A stretch of 64,000 nucleotides of DNA, from positions 5,394,001 to 5,458,000 of the forward strand of contig OX597827.1 in NCBI GenBank assembly GCA_951406725.2, in the 5' to 3' direction. Within the stretch, counting starts at the first letter, position 1, and each line of letters starts with the position of its first letter. Of this stretch, positions 1 through 12,521 are shown piece after piece. A program made the position numbers and the translations under genes. This stretch comes from Octopus vulgaris. Its lineage: Eukaryota. The notes under the pieces were generated by a model. That model worked only from the letters and a program-made list of their open reading frames with translations. It ran no database searches and was not told the DNA's origin.

Positions 1-1168
1 AGAGAATAAAACCTGAAAGGTACATCTATGTATTTTACAGAAAAAGAAATTTATTTAATGACAGAGTGGAGAATGGGAATTTAGTTTTAGTATAGTACAA
101 ATTTGTCTTATATTATAAAACACCCCTGAAATGTGTATAAAATTATCTAAAAGAGAAATTTTATATCTGAATTCATGAAATGAAATATTACAATACAGCT
201 CTCCGATATCAATGTTATAACAACACAGCTACAATAAATGTATGCTGTAAAATGAACGTACATTGGAATTGCTTATGCCAACTAAAGCCAATATATCAGG
301 CCTGTCTTGCTCAAAATGTAATAATTCTAGACAGCAATATTAAACACATGTTATTGAAGAGAACATTATCTGGTTGGACTTAGTTATTGAATTCATATCT
401 CCCCACATTTTTTTGCTTTTGTTTTTATTTTTGATAAACTCATTTCAAATAACAGCTGACAACAACATAGAAACATGAGAGGGAGAGAAAGAGAGAGAGA
501 GTGGGGAGAGAGAGAGAGAAGTGAAGGAGAAGAAGCTCAGGCTGTATGTTATATTTTGAAAAGAGATACAATTGTATATCAAATCTCAGTAACATTAGCA
601 AGCAGTCACTGCAGTAGCAAAACAGAGCTATAAACTAATGATTTATTCACCCTCACAGTTATCGTTTTAACGTCCATTTTTCTCCGGCTGGCATGGGTTG
701 GTCAATAGATTTAGAGTTTATTGAAAGCGTTTTGGGTGAGTGCTTTTTGGATGAATGCTTTTCTCGGTAACAAAGCAGACTAAGTTCTGTGTTAATTAAG
801 ACATCTTCTGCATGACATTTGCTTATTACATTGAGGTTCCTCTTAATTTCAAGAGAATGGGGTGGGGGTGGGATGATGTAAAGAAAAAGGGAGGGGGAAG
901 AATTCTGTATACAAAATCAATGTTGTTGATAAAATATTTCAACTATTGGTATGCCATGAGTCTTGTAATCTACAAAAGTTTATCTTTGAATGTGGGCATG
1001 GGGCGGGGGAGTGTGGGGAGGAGGACGGTAGAGAGGATGTGTATTTATATACTGAATTTCAGAGGTAAAATAAAAAAATAAAAAAATTATAAATTCAAAA
1101 TCGATTTTGTTGATAAAATATTTCAGCTACTGGTATGTAACAAGCCTAATAACCTAGCAGAGATTTTT

Positions 1169-1229
<61 letters not shown>

Positions 1230-1863
1230 CACTGAATAATATCCTTTATATGATGTAACAAATGCAAATCAGCATCACTGAACTCTCATGGCTTGCCATG
1301 CTATTGACTACAGGTGAACTAGCAAGTACGAACACTGAATTTTAGAAGAAGAAGAAGAAATATATGGATTTGTATTAATATTAATTTCTTAAAAAGAAAC
1401 CATCTTAGAATAATCCAAAAAAAGAAGCTACTATGTAAGTTAGCTGACCTTCTAGAAATACCTACCAAATGTCCTTCAAACCACACCCTACCATCTTGAA
1501 CAAAGAAAGATACATGATGATAATATGATGTAATTGTGTATAAACCACTGGGTATGCCCTGACATGACTTCACCACTATTTGCTCTCTTTTCCAAATGGG
1601 GTAACCATGTATCTCCCCCTTGCAGCAAGACACTTGTTCCTCTGTTCTGCTATCATACTTTAACCCCTCATCACCTAACATAAAGCCACATCCAAAATAA
1701 AGTTGTGATAGTCACAGCTGGAACACTTTTGAATGTACGTCTGCTTGTGAGACACACAACAGTAACAAAAGTTTCATCTTACAAAGATGCCTATCTTGTA
1801 ACCTGTTGTGGTAAGCACTGCCCTGGGGTGGGGTTCTTTCCTGATGTCGTTGATTCAGTTGGT

Positions 1864-2224
1864 TTATTCTTTTATTCCTTTATTTGGTTCAGTCATTTGA
1901 CTGTGGCCATGCTGGAGCACCACCTTTAGTCGAAGAAATCAACCCGGGACTTATTCTTTGTAAGCTTAGTACTTATTCTATCGGTCTCTTGTGCTGAACC
2001 TCAAAGTTACAGGGATATAAACACACTAACATCAGTTGTCAAGCGGTGATGGGGGAACAAACTCAGACACACACACACAATGGGCTTCTTTCAGTTTCTG
2101 TCTACCAAATCCACTCACAAGGCTTTGGTCGACCTGAAGCTATTTTAGAAGACAAGTTACCATGCAGGGGGACTGAACCCGGAACCATGTGTTTGAAAAC
2201 AAGCTACTTACCACGCAGGCCACA
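1864..2224 (-). mobile_element. tRNA-derived SINE, family A
   Basis: Reverse complement of the copy at 2336-2726. Confidence 0.9.
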
Positions 2225-2335
2225 CAATAGAAATAAAGTCACTGTCAGCTTTAACCCTTTAGCATTCAGCTTACTTGGTCAAATGTAATGCTTACTTATA
2301 AACATATTTTTGAATTAATCAATTATGACTACATA

Positions 2336-2726
2336 GGCGTAGGAGTGGATGTGTGGTAAGTAGCTTGCTTACAAACCACATGGTTCCAGGTTCAGTCTCA
2401 CTGCGTGGCACCTTGGGCAAGTGTCTTCCACTATAGCCTCAGGCCGACCAAAGCCTTGTAAGTGGATTTGGTTGACGGAAACTGAAAGAAGTCCATCGTA
2501 TATATGTATATATATATGTATGTGTCTGTGCCCCCCACCAACATCGCTTGACCACTGATGCTGGTGTGTTTACGTCCCCGTAACTTAGCAGTTCAGCAAA
2601 AGAGACCGATAGAATAAGTACTAGGCTTACAAAGAATAAGTCCTGAGGTTGATTTACTTGACTAAAGGTGGTGCTCCAGCATGGCCACAGTCAAATGACT
2701 GAATCAAGTAAAAGAGATAAAAGAGA
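2336..2726 (+). mobile_element. tRNA-derived SINE, family A (full length)
   Basis: A-box-like TGG(A/C)TGTGTGG, B-box-like GGTTCAGTC, internal TA/TG microsatellite and an (AAAGAG)n-type tail; more than 10 related copies in the window. Confidence 0.92.
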
Positions 2727-4209
2727 CATCTATAGTATTTCCTTTCTCAGTAAATGTTTTCTATACTTTTTTAATACATTAATAAACCAAACAAATACAC
2801 TCTCTCCCATCCTCCTTCTCTCTCTCTAAAATCCCAAAATTTGGGTACAATTTTAGATCTCTGCAAACTTCATTTCAAAAATTGGTCATATTTTCTTTTG
2901 CACATTAGATTGATTTACATACCATCAGTAGATTAACAGTTTTACCAGTTTTACTGGCTAATAAAAAATAGATTAACAATGACTGTTTGTGATAAAATTA
3001 CAAACTGTTCATTGGAATTAAAAGATTGCTCTCAGTGATTTGCATGGAAGCAATTAGTGTAGGTCTTGAAGTATTAATCTGTGTAACAAGAGAAAAATAT
3101 GCAAGGTGGGGAGAAGGCCAATGCTGCAAATACATTAAGATTCGATAAGGTCAGCGAATCTTGGGCATCGGTTGAGAACAGATACAGCTGATCAATGTTA
3201 CATATGGACAACAGTTAAAATAACAAGCATTGGATATACAGTTTATAGGAAAAGGCATTATTGGTTATGGGGCGATGGTGGTTATGGGCGATGGTGGTTA
3301 TGGGCGATGGTGGTGGCCATTGTTGTTGTAATGAGAGTAATGTCGAAGGAGTGGTGGTGGCGATGAGGTTGCTGCTGAGGGTGGCGATGAGGATGATGTA
3401 TGTCATGAACAGAAAAATGTTTATAACTCCAACCAGCGGCAACTTAATAAATGCCAGCAAACTGCAGTCTCTGAGTCATGACAAACAGCATCAATCCTAC
3501 TTATTTAATTCTTGGAGAGGATTTACTGGTGAACTGTGAGCAACAATATAGATTGAAAATCTGAAGTGAGCATATTAGAGTTTGGCTTGTGCGTTCGAGA
3601 AACTGCAGAAGGTCAATGATAATGCAGCAGTTGTCATATTCCTAGGAGACGTATGGACATTGTAGAAAATATTATTTTTTTAAATGTGTGGAATAAATTT
3701 ATTACTTGGTTATTAAAAGTTCATGGGAAATTTATTAACGAATTTAAAAGGAATTTTCTGTTTTCCTTTTTCTTCTATTTTATTGAAAATCGAAAAGTAC
3801 AATTAATAAAAAAAAAAAAAACTTGAAACATCTTAAATACATTGAATGTACAAAGAGTGTGAAGTTCAGTTTCAAGCTATATTATTTTACTTTTGTGATA
3901 TACATACTAAATAGTTTTAATGTAATCAGGAACCAGATGTCTGCTACCAACAAAAGATGTTTTAAAAATATAACAACCAGTGTGAATAATGATCAGTTTA
4001 TCTTGTCATGAGGCCATTTCTATGAATGATGGTGAATGCAGACTAGTAACTCAGAGAACTCGCAGATTTATTTTGAATATAAAAAATGCAGTTGAGAATA
4101 TGATTTACTATTTCCAAGACAATTACCAAAGTTCTTCTGCTGAGTTAAATCTATTGCAAGCCACTTTGCTTTTGTCTAGCACAAATTTTCTTCTGTCTTC
4201 TTTGTTTTA

Positions 4210-4560
4210 TTAGCAACCTTTGAAGTGTGACGAGGCCTTTGAACACATCTGACATGAGAAATCTTTTGCAAAGCTTCCTAATAATGAGTGTCATTGATGA
4301 TTTTTACCCCAGGAATAAGACCTTTCTGCTAGACTGCCCCATTGCAGTGAGAGTGTGTGTGTGTGTGTGCCTGTGCCTCTGTGTGTGTTGACAGAAGGAC
4401 TATGATCTCAGATCATTCAATCATCTCAGGTGTACATTAAGGCTCAGTCATCTGTCCTGCTCTTTTTTCTTTCTCTAAATTAAGGATCTCCATACTACCG
4501 TATATTAATATACTTACAATATTCTATGCAGATGACACAAACTTATATCTTCCTTCACTG
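4210..4560 (+). mobile_element. Degenerate non-LTR (CR1/L2-like) reverse transcriptase relic
   Basis: Interrupted translation keeps AFEHI*HE (KAFDxVxH-like), SGVH*GSV (GVPQGSVL-like) and FYADDTNL. Confidence 0.75.
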
Positions 4561-4881
4561 CCTCATCATAGTTCTCTTTCACATAAATTCCCAATTCTTC
4601 CCTACAAGTATTCAAACCCTCATACATTGAAATTCAGCCAGTATCAACTCAAAATTTAATTTCAAGAGTTCGAGAAAATCAGTGCCCATAATATGAATGA
4701 ATTAAAATTTCTATAGACTATACCACCATTTCCTACTCCAACAAAATCATTACAACAGAAATATGAAAGAAGTAGTGACATTCTGGACTATGTGAAACTC
4801 GTGGTTTGCAAAATTTTAAATTTCAGAAAAGTCTCTCTCTCTCTCTCATATCTGAAAGGTATGAAAATATAGAATGGTCTT

Positions 4882-4933
<52 letters not shown>

Positions 4934-6255
4934 TCTGTTATCTGACTGATTTACTCTGTCATTTGGTTCAATATCACCACCCCTTCCTTGAGTACCTTAA
5001 GTAGGGGTACCCTCTGTTGCACGCATTCAACCTAAGTCTCTGTTTCAGAGATAACTTCCTCCTTTCCCACCCCACCTATCTAGTAGGATTTTCTCGTTTG
5101 GTAACATTGCTACTGTCATAGGGGAAGCATAAGTATCAGGGCTTCTGTTGTGTGGATGCCCCCAGATGATGAAGTAGGCTAGCCCAATACATAGATATAG
5201 AGGGAGAAGTCTAGACATTGGAAGTTGAGTAGAGGTTATCGGAACATGCGATATAGCAGCTTCTTAATTTCTTTCATGTAAAATATCTTGAAATATGTCT
5301 GTCTTTCTGTCTATATACATAACTATATGTACATGCATACATACACACATACATACATGAATATGTATATAGATTCATACATCCATCCATCTGTCTGTCT
5401 GTTCATCCGTTCACCTGTATGTGTGTATCTGAGAAAAAAAAAATGATTAAAAATACACCTCATAGAAACCACACACACCATACCACACCACACATATACT
5501 CACACACACACATATGTATATGTATGTTTGTAGATATAAAATATACTGTTAGTCAATCAAGGAGGAAAACAAAATAGGTATCATAAAGTTAGCTATATGT
5601 TTGTGAGCAAGCTTATAGAGGAATTTTGGGCAGGTATCTCTGCATTTTCATCAAACCTGATATTAGGAATGCCATGAAAATCATAAGATTTCCTTCACTT
5701 CATCTTGAAAAATCTGAGTTTTTCTGATACCATAAATTCTTGAAATAGAGTTCAAACATACAAAGCAATTACTAAATTAAAACATAACAGTAATAGCATA
5801 TATTCATTATGTTTATTCACATAACCTATGTGTAATCACATATGTTCAACATGAACGTAAGATCAAATAACAACACATAGGATATATAAATTCTGTTTAA
5901 TTCTTCATGGAATTAGTGGAGATATTTTAATGACTACACAATTAAATTCTTTGTTTGATTTGATTAACGCCAAATTAATTGTTTAAAAGGAGAAAGATTA
6001 TACAAGACAAGTGGTTTTAACTCATTGTTTTTATTTTAATTTCCTATGCTGAAAAATATTTACCACTAAGTTTAATATTTTCTCTTGAAAATTGCTCAAA
6101 ATAAAGAGAAAGTAATTTGCAAACAATATAAAATTGAAAATATTACAAAGTGTTGGTAGAGAATTCCATATACATAAATACTCATACATACGTACATACA
6201 CATACATGCACACATACATACTTGCATGCATACATAGCCAAGTGGACATATGCAT

Positions 6256-6292
<37 letters not shown>

Positions 6293-6310
6293 CATGAGTG
6301 TGTGTATGTG

Positions 6311-6349
<39 letters not shown>

Positions 6350-6601
6350 GAGTGTGTGTATGTGTATGTATATATATATATATATATATACATGAGTGTG
6401 TGTATGTATACATATGTATATATATATATGTGTGTATGTGTATGTATATATATGTATGTATATATATGTATATGTATATGTATATGTGTGTATGTGTATG
6501 TATATATATGTATGTATATATATGTATATGTTATTTATAGATGCATCCATACATACATATCCCTCAACATTTGCCCACATACACACATGTGCATGCGCAC
6601 G

Positions 6602-6658
<57 letters not shown>

Positions 6659-7491
6659 ACGAATACACAAAGATACATAAAAATCAATGAGTAAGTAAAG
6701 ATAGTTGTTTTACAAACAGGCCAACAACGTACCATTATTTATAAAATAATGAATGAAGTGTGACACCAAAGAGTGCAAATGTCAAAATGTAATCAATTAA
6801 TCTTTTTAATTACATACTCACTCTCATATTTTCTATGAAAACTTATTATTTATTGACTGCCATTTCAATTCGTTTCGCTCCCCCGCCATTTCCTTTTCTC
6901 TCTGTCTCTACTTTCTCGTTCTTTCAGTTACTCTATATCCCCACCACCACCACCACCACCACCACTACCACCTCCTTCTGTTTCTCTTTCTACTTTTGTC
7001 TTTCTCTTCTCTCTCTCTCTCTCTCTCTTTTTTTGCCTTCACAAAATTTCAGGGTGCACAACCAATGAAATAGCTTTACAGCAAAATTATAAAATGGAAA
7101 AAATTGCAATATAAACTTCAGTGACAAATCTCTCCCTCACCATCACCACCCTAGATTAAATTGTATATTATTTACAATGATTTCAGAATAACTCCTTGGT
7201 GTATATATATATATATATATGCGTGCGTTTATGTGTATTTGGACAGACACATTCATTCTTTTCCCACACACACACATATGCACGCATTATCTTGTAGCTG
7301 ACTCTGAATTAAATTTAATATCTATATCTAAAAGAAAAACATATTAAAAAATATTAATTATCTCTCATAAATATGACAATATGACAAACACAGTCAATTG
7401 TTTGACAGAGATATTCATCAATGAGAGTTTAGCCTGACTGACCTGGAAGTAGTTTTCTAGGATTTTAGTAGTTTCTTCATAGACAGCTATG

Positions 7492-7526
<35 letters not shown>

Positions 7527-7544
7527 TTATACACTCATATATAT

Positions 7545-7968
7545 TACTCTTTTACTCTTTTACTCTTTTACTTGTTTCAGTCATTTGACTGCGGCCATGC
7601 TGGAGCACCGCCTTTTAGTCGAGCAAATCGACCCCGGGACTTATTCTTTGTAAGCCCAGTACTTATTTTATCGGTGTCTTTTGCCGAACCGCTAAGTGAC
7701 AGGGACGTAAACACACCAGCATCGGTTGTCAAGCAATGCTAGGGTTACAAACACAGACACACAAACACATACACACACACATACACATATATATATACAT
7801 ATATACGACAGGCTTCTTTCAGTTTCCGTCTACCAAATCCACTCACAAGGCATTGGTCGGCCCGGGGCTATAGCAGAAGACACTTGCCCAAGATGCCACG
7901 CAGTGGGACTGAACCCGGAACCATGTGATTGGTTAGCAAGCTACTTACCACACAGCCACTCCTGCGCC
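7545..7968 (-). mobile_element. SINE family A, near-intact copy
   Basis: Full head-to-tail match to family A with a (TACTCTTT)n tail. Confidence 0.92.
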
Positions 7969-8189
7969 TATGTATATAGATATAAGCATGTAGACATACA
8001 TATACAGATATATGTGTGTGTGTATTCATTTAAAATTATTATTTTAAAGCAAGTTTAAGAATAACAGAAAATTTATATGATGAGACAGCACAATACTAAA
8101 ATTAGAGGTAAATTTATTATGAGACTTTTTTGGTGGGGTTTCAAATTTTGCCTGGTGTCTTATTGAATCGGTCATGCGCATGTATGTAG

Positions 8190-8580
8190 GCATCATCGTC
8201 CTCATCATCATTTATTGTCCGCTTTCCATGCTGGCATGGGTTGGGCAGCTTGATTGAGGACTTGCAAGCCAGGAGGCTGCACCAGGCTCTGATCTGATCC
8301 AGCAAAGCTTCTACAGCTGGATGCCCTTCCTAATGTCAACCATTCCAAGAGTGTAGTGGGTGTCTTTTATGTGCAACCAGCATGGGAGCCTGTCAAGCGG
8401 CATTGGCATCGACCACACTCAAATGGTGCTTTTTACATGCCATTGGCACAGGTGCTAGTCAGGTGGCACTGGCATTGACCATGCTCGAATGGTGCTTTCT
8501 ACGTGCCACCAGCACAAGAGCCAGTCAGGTGGCACCGGCATCGACCATGCTCAAATGGTGCTTTTTATGTGCCACTGTCA
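8190..8580 (-). mobile_element. RTE-type LINE 3' end with three ~66-bp tandem units
   Basis: (CAT)n tail, TTTCCATGCTGGCATGGGTTGG and GGATGCCCTTCCTAATG motifs shared with 15290-15420, 52080-52250 and 61345-61750. Confidence 0.7.
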
Positions 8581-9153
8581 CGTGTGTGTGTGTGTGTGGG
8601 AATTTCCATATTTGTTTGTGTCTCCATGTTTTTGACATTGTCAACATTCAAGAGATGTCCTTTGTTAATGAATCTTCGGTGGAAACAAATCAAGCCATGA
8701 GGAAATATTACCTTACTTGGAAACAAGTGAGGTTCTCTCAGGTGAAGTAGATGCATTAGTCTTCCCACAGACATGAAAATTTCTGTAGTTGGTGCCTGAA
8801 TAAATTGCACCCATAGCATACTCTGGGAAATGGTTGGCATTAGAAAGAGCATCAAGCTGCAGAAGCCATGCAAATATGAAGTATAAAAGCAAAGTATAGG
8901 CCCTGAATCATCTAGGAGATTAGTAAATTAAAATAAGATGACAATGGCAATGATGATGATAATGATGATGGTGATGATGATATATGTATTTGTGTGCATT
9001 TTTGTTTGTGCCTATGTTTACATATTCAAGTAATCCAAGAGATCCTGTAAACACTCCTTATGTAAACTGGTATGTTGAGTTGTATCATTTTATATCAAAA
9101 ATAGAAAGTTTGTCATTTGAAGAATAGACACCAATAAAATATTTACCAAGTCA

Positions 9154-9550
9154 TAGGAGTGGCTGTGTGGTAAGTAGCTTGCTTACGAACTACATGGTTC
9201 CAGGTTCAGTCCCACTGTGTGGCACCTTGGGCAAGCGTCTTCTACTATAGCCTCGGGCCGACCAAAGCCTTGTTAGTGGATTTGGTAGACGGAAACTGAA
9301 AGAAGCCCGTTGTATATATATATATATGTATGTTTGTGTGTGTATACGTTTGTGTGTCTGTGTTTGTCCCCCCAACATCACTTGACAACCGATGCTGGTG
9401 TGTTTACATCCCCATAACTTAGCGGTTCGGCAAAAGAGACTGATAGAATAAGTACTAGGCTTACAAAGAATAAGTCCTGGGGATTGATTTGCTTGACTAA
9501 AGGCGGTGCTACAGTCAAACGACTGAAACAAGTAAAAAAAATAAAAAAGC
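9154..9550 (+). mobile_element. SINE family A
   Basis: Match to family A. Confidence 0.9.
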
Positions 9551-10924
9551 TAAAATAAGTAGTTGAGTCAAAATGACCACCCATTGATGATGGAACCCCA
9601 ACATGATTTTACAGTCGAATAACAAAAACAAACAAAAGAGGAATAAATGTTTATAATTATGCATAACATTTTCTTTAACCTTCCATATTGTAGCTAATTG
9701 CTATGTTAATTTCGCTGACAAAATAGGTTAGGAAAAATTCATTGTGAAATTGGTGACAGAATTAGCTTCAGTAAACAGAACTGAAACCAGTTTTAAAAAG
9801 GAAATCTTTTTATCAACTGAACAATGAATTGTAAGATAGAGAATATTAATGATATTATCAACTTCCTTTTATCAAATATGTTTCAGCCTCAATAGAGAAG
9901 AATATGGTGTTGGTGGTAGCTTGTGGTTTTCGTCGATAAAATGTTGAAGTTAGAAATATAGGAAATAGGCAGTATTTTAGTGTTTCCGGCTGTAACATTA
10001 TTGTGCTCATCTGCTAGTTTGTTAATTAGTGAGTGAGAACTAAAATGCCATACTCCTAAATCAATGACTAATTTCCTCAGTTCCTGATTTTAGTGCTAGC
10101 ATTCAGCATGACAGGTTTGAGGTTGATCTTGTCTGGTGTGGAAAATAAATAAATAAATAAAATAAATAAATAAATAAATAAAATAATAATAATAAACGGT
10201 AATAGAAGAATAAAAAAAAAAGTAATAAAATAATCATAATATTCTAACACATTAGAAAAACTCACAGTCACTTTTAAACATCGTGGATAAAAAAAAAGTA
10301 TTAAAACATTAATTTTAAATGTCATAAAATATCTGCTACACATTGGTAACATTAAGGAAGTGAGATGTGTGAAAATCAATCAATTTTCCAGCTACAATCC
10401 CTTCCAAAGACTGGAAGCAGACATACAAAATGGAGTGTATGGAATATATTTATTTTAAATGAAATGTAGCTTATTTCTAAATAAAAGCCTGTTTCATGAG
10501 GAGATATTTAAATATCATACAACTTAGGAGAAGAAATTTACACATTTTTCTTTTCTTTTTTTTTTTCTTTTTATTTTTGCATTTGCAATATCTTTAAAGT
10601 TACACTGTGACAGGCAGCCTCGTCACCAATAAAATATTAATAGAAATATTTATGTAAACTTTCACTAAAGCATTATTTTCATGAGAATTACCCCCCCCCC
10701 CCCCAACCACCACCACTATACCGAAAGGTGAGATATTACCTATCACAACTTTTCAGGTGCTGGTTATAAATCATGAAACATTAGCTTAAACAAGTATTTG
10801 ATAGAATTTTACATTGTGTATATGACATTTACTTAAATGCTTTTTGCTTCTCTCAAAACACTGCACCCATGGCACCTAGAAGGGCCTCTATAACTAGGGA
10901 GAGAATAGGAGGAAGTTAGTCTCA

Positions 10925-11307
10925 GGTGCCGGCATGACTGTGTGGTTAGAGGCTTGCTTCCCAACCAAGTGGTCTTGAGTTCGGTGCCACTGTATGAAAC
11001 TTTGGACAAATGTCTTCCACTATAGTTCCAGCTGAACAAAAATCGAAAGAAGCCCATTATATACATATATGCATGCATGTATGTATAAAATGTATGTCTG
11101 TCTTTGTGTTTGTCTCCACTACTGCCTGACAACCGTTGTGGGTTTGTTTCCATCTGATAACTTAGTGGTTTAGGAAAGAAGAGACCAATAGAATAACTAC
11201 CAGGCTTTAAAATAGTATTGGGGGGTGATATTTTCAAGCAACTCATTCAGGGCAGTGCCCTAGCATGGCCACAGTCTTAAGACTGAAACAAGAAATGGAT
11301 AAAAGAA
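10925..11307 (+). mobile_element. SINE family A, diverged
   Basis: Diverged but colinear head, body and tail. Confidence 0.8.
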
Positions 11308-11362
11308 AGCACTTTTCATTGAGTGAAACTTGCAAAAGCTACCCATGAACAAGGTTAACTTG

Positions 11363-11668
11363 TTGTGTCTGGGGAGAGTCATTTTCTTTTTGTACCTTAT
11401 AATATAACACACTCACCAGTAAAATTTCCACTTTTTTCTTATTTTTATTTTCCTAAAATTTTCGTTTTGACTCAAAACTATTGAAAAGGTTGCAAGACGC
11501 AACGAAAATTTTAGGAAAATAAAAATAAGAAAAAAGTGGAAATTTTACTGGTGAGTGTGTTACATAATAAGGCACAAAAAGAAAATGACTCTCCCCAGAC
11601 ACAACAGAATATGCTTCAACACACGAACTCATATAAAGAATCTTGCAAACCAAATCCAAAAACGAAAT
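11363..11668 (+). mobile_element. Short fold-back insertion (Penelope-like architecture) with 12-bp TSD
   Basis: TSD AAGGTTAACTTG at 11351-11362 and 11669-11680; 106-bp inverted arms at 11361-11466 and 11501-11606; second family member at 53557-53786. Confidence 0.8.
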
Positions 11669-12261
11669 AAGGTTAACTTGGGAAATGGTTTAATACTATC
11701 AGCCAAGATCTGGAACTTTCCTTTTGTTGATCTTCCACACAGTTTATATCTACAAAATCCTATTCATGAAACTTTGATTAATTTCTTTACTATTATTTGA
11801 TTCTGGTTGGAATCAAAGTGTTTTGATAATTTGAGTTGCATCTAATATAAACCAATTCCGCATTGCTGCAGGGATAGCTGTGCACTTAAAGAAGCTAAGT
11901 TCACAGTCTTCTGCTATGATTCTCAGTTTTTTACCAATACCCTGTGAGTGGAATTTGAAACTGAATAGAAGCCTACCATCATCCACTGTTACAAACACTG
12001 CTACTACTCCCACTGCAACCACCACTATTGCTGTCTTCTTCTTCTTCTTCCAATCAGAACCTACGCCTTTAGCCATAAAGAATCTCTAATTCAAGCCTAC
12101 TCTAAGCTACTAAGAATGTGTGTGGCAACTTGAAGATCCACCCACCACATACGACAGAAGAGCTGAACCAGCCAGGGGTACAGAGGATTCGCAATCTAGA
12201 CTAGGGTCTGAAAGTTTAGCACACCATAGTTGGTTACACCATGGTTCCTCTGCTTTGTGGC

Positions 12262-12454
12262 AGAAGTAGGAAGAAAGCGTGAGAGAAAGTTGTGGTGAAA
12301 GAGTACAGCGGGGTTCTCCACTACCCCCGCTGGAGACTCGTGGAGCTTAGGTGTTTTTGCTCAATAAACACTCACAATGCCCGGTCTGGGAATTGAAACC
12401 GCGTTCTTACGACCATGAGTCTGCTGCCCTAACCACTGGGCCATTACGCTTCCA
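12262..12454 (-). mobile_element. tRNA-derived SINE, another family
   Basis: Minus strand has a TGGCCCAGTGGTTAGG A-box and a GGTTTCAATTCC B-box-like head. Confidence 0.75.
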
Positions 12455-12521
12455 CTCACTGTTGCTGTTGTTGTTACCACCATCATTGTCACCATAATCA
12501 TCATCATCATCATTATCATTA

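Noticed and set aside
1319-1681. 120-aa ORF containing YDSRTEEQV as a possible Pcdh middle exon
   Set aside because: No suitable splice sites; the surrounding sequence looks like decayed repeat.
2336-2410. tRNA gene-like A/B boxes (also at 12380-12454, 14378-14450 and 51022-51115)
   Set aside because: SINE heads continuing into repeat bodies; no complete cloverleaf.
6031-6735. Many 60-190 aa ORFs rich in YI/HT/CV/MYVC (also at 18.8-19.4, 22.5, 26-27.5, 37-39, 42-43 and 60.4-61 kb)
   Set aside because: Translations of stop-free microsatellites, not genes.
8382-8750. 122-aa ORF with 22-aa repeats; superficially CRISPR-like arrays here and at 15060-15275 and 51770-51905
   Set aside because: Tandem units in LINE 3' UTRs, with no unique spacers and no cas genes, in a eukaryotic context.
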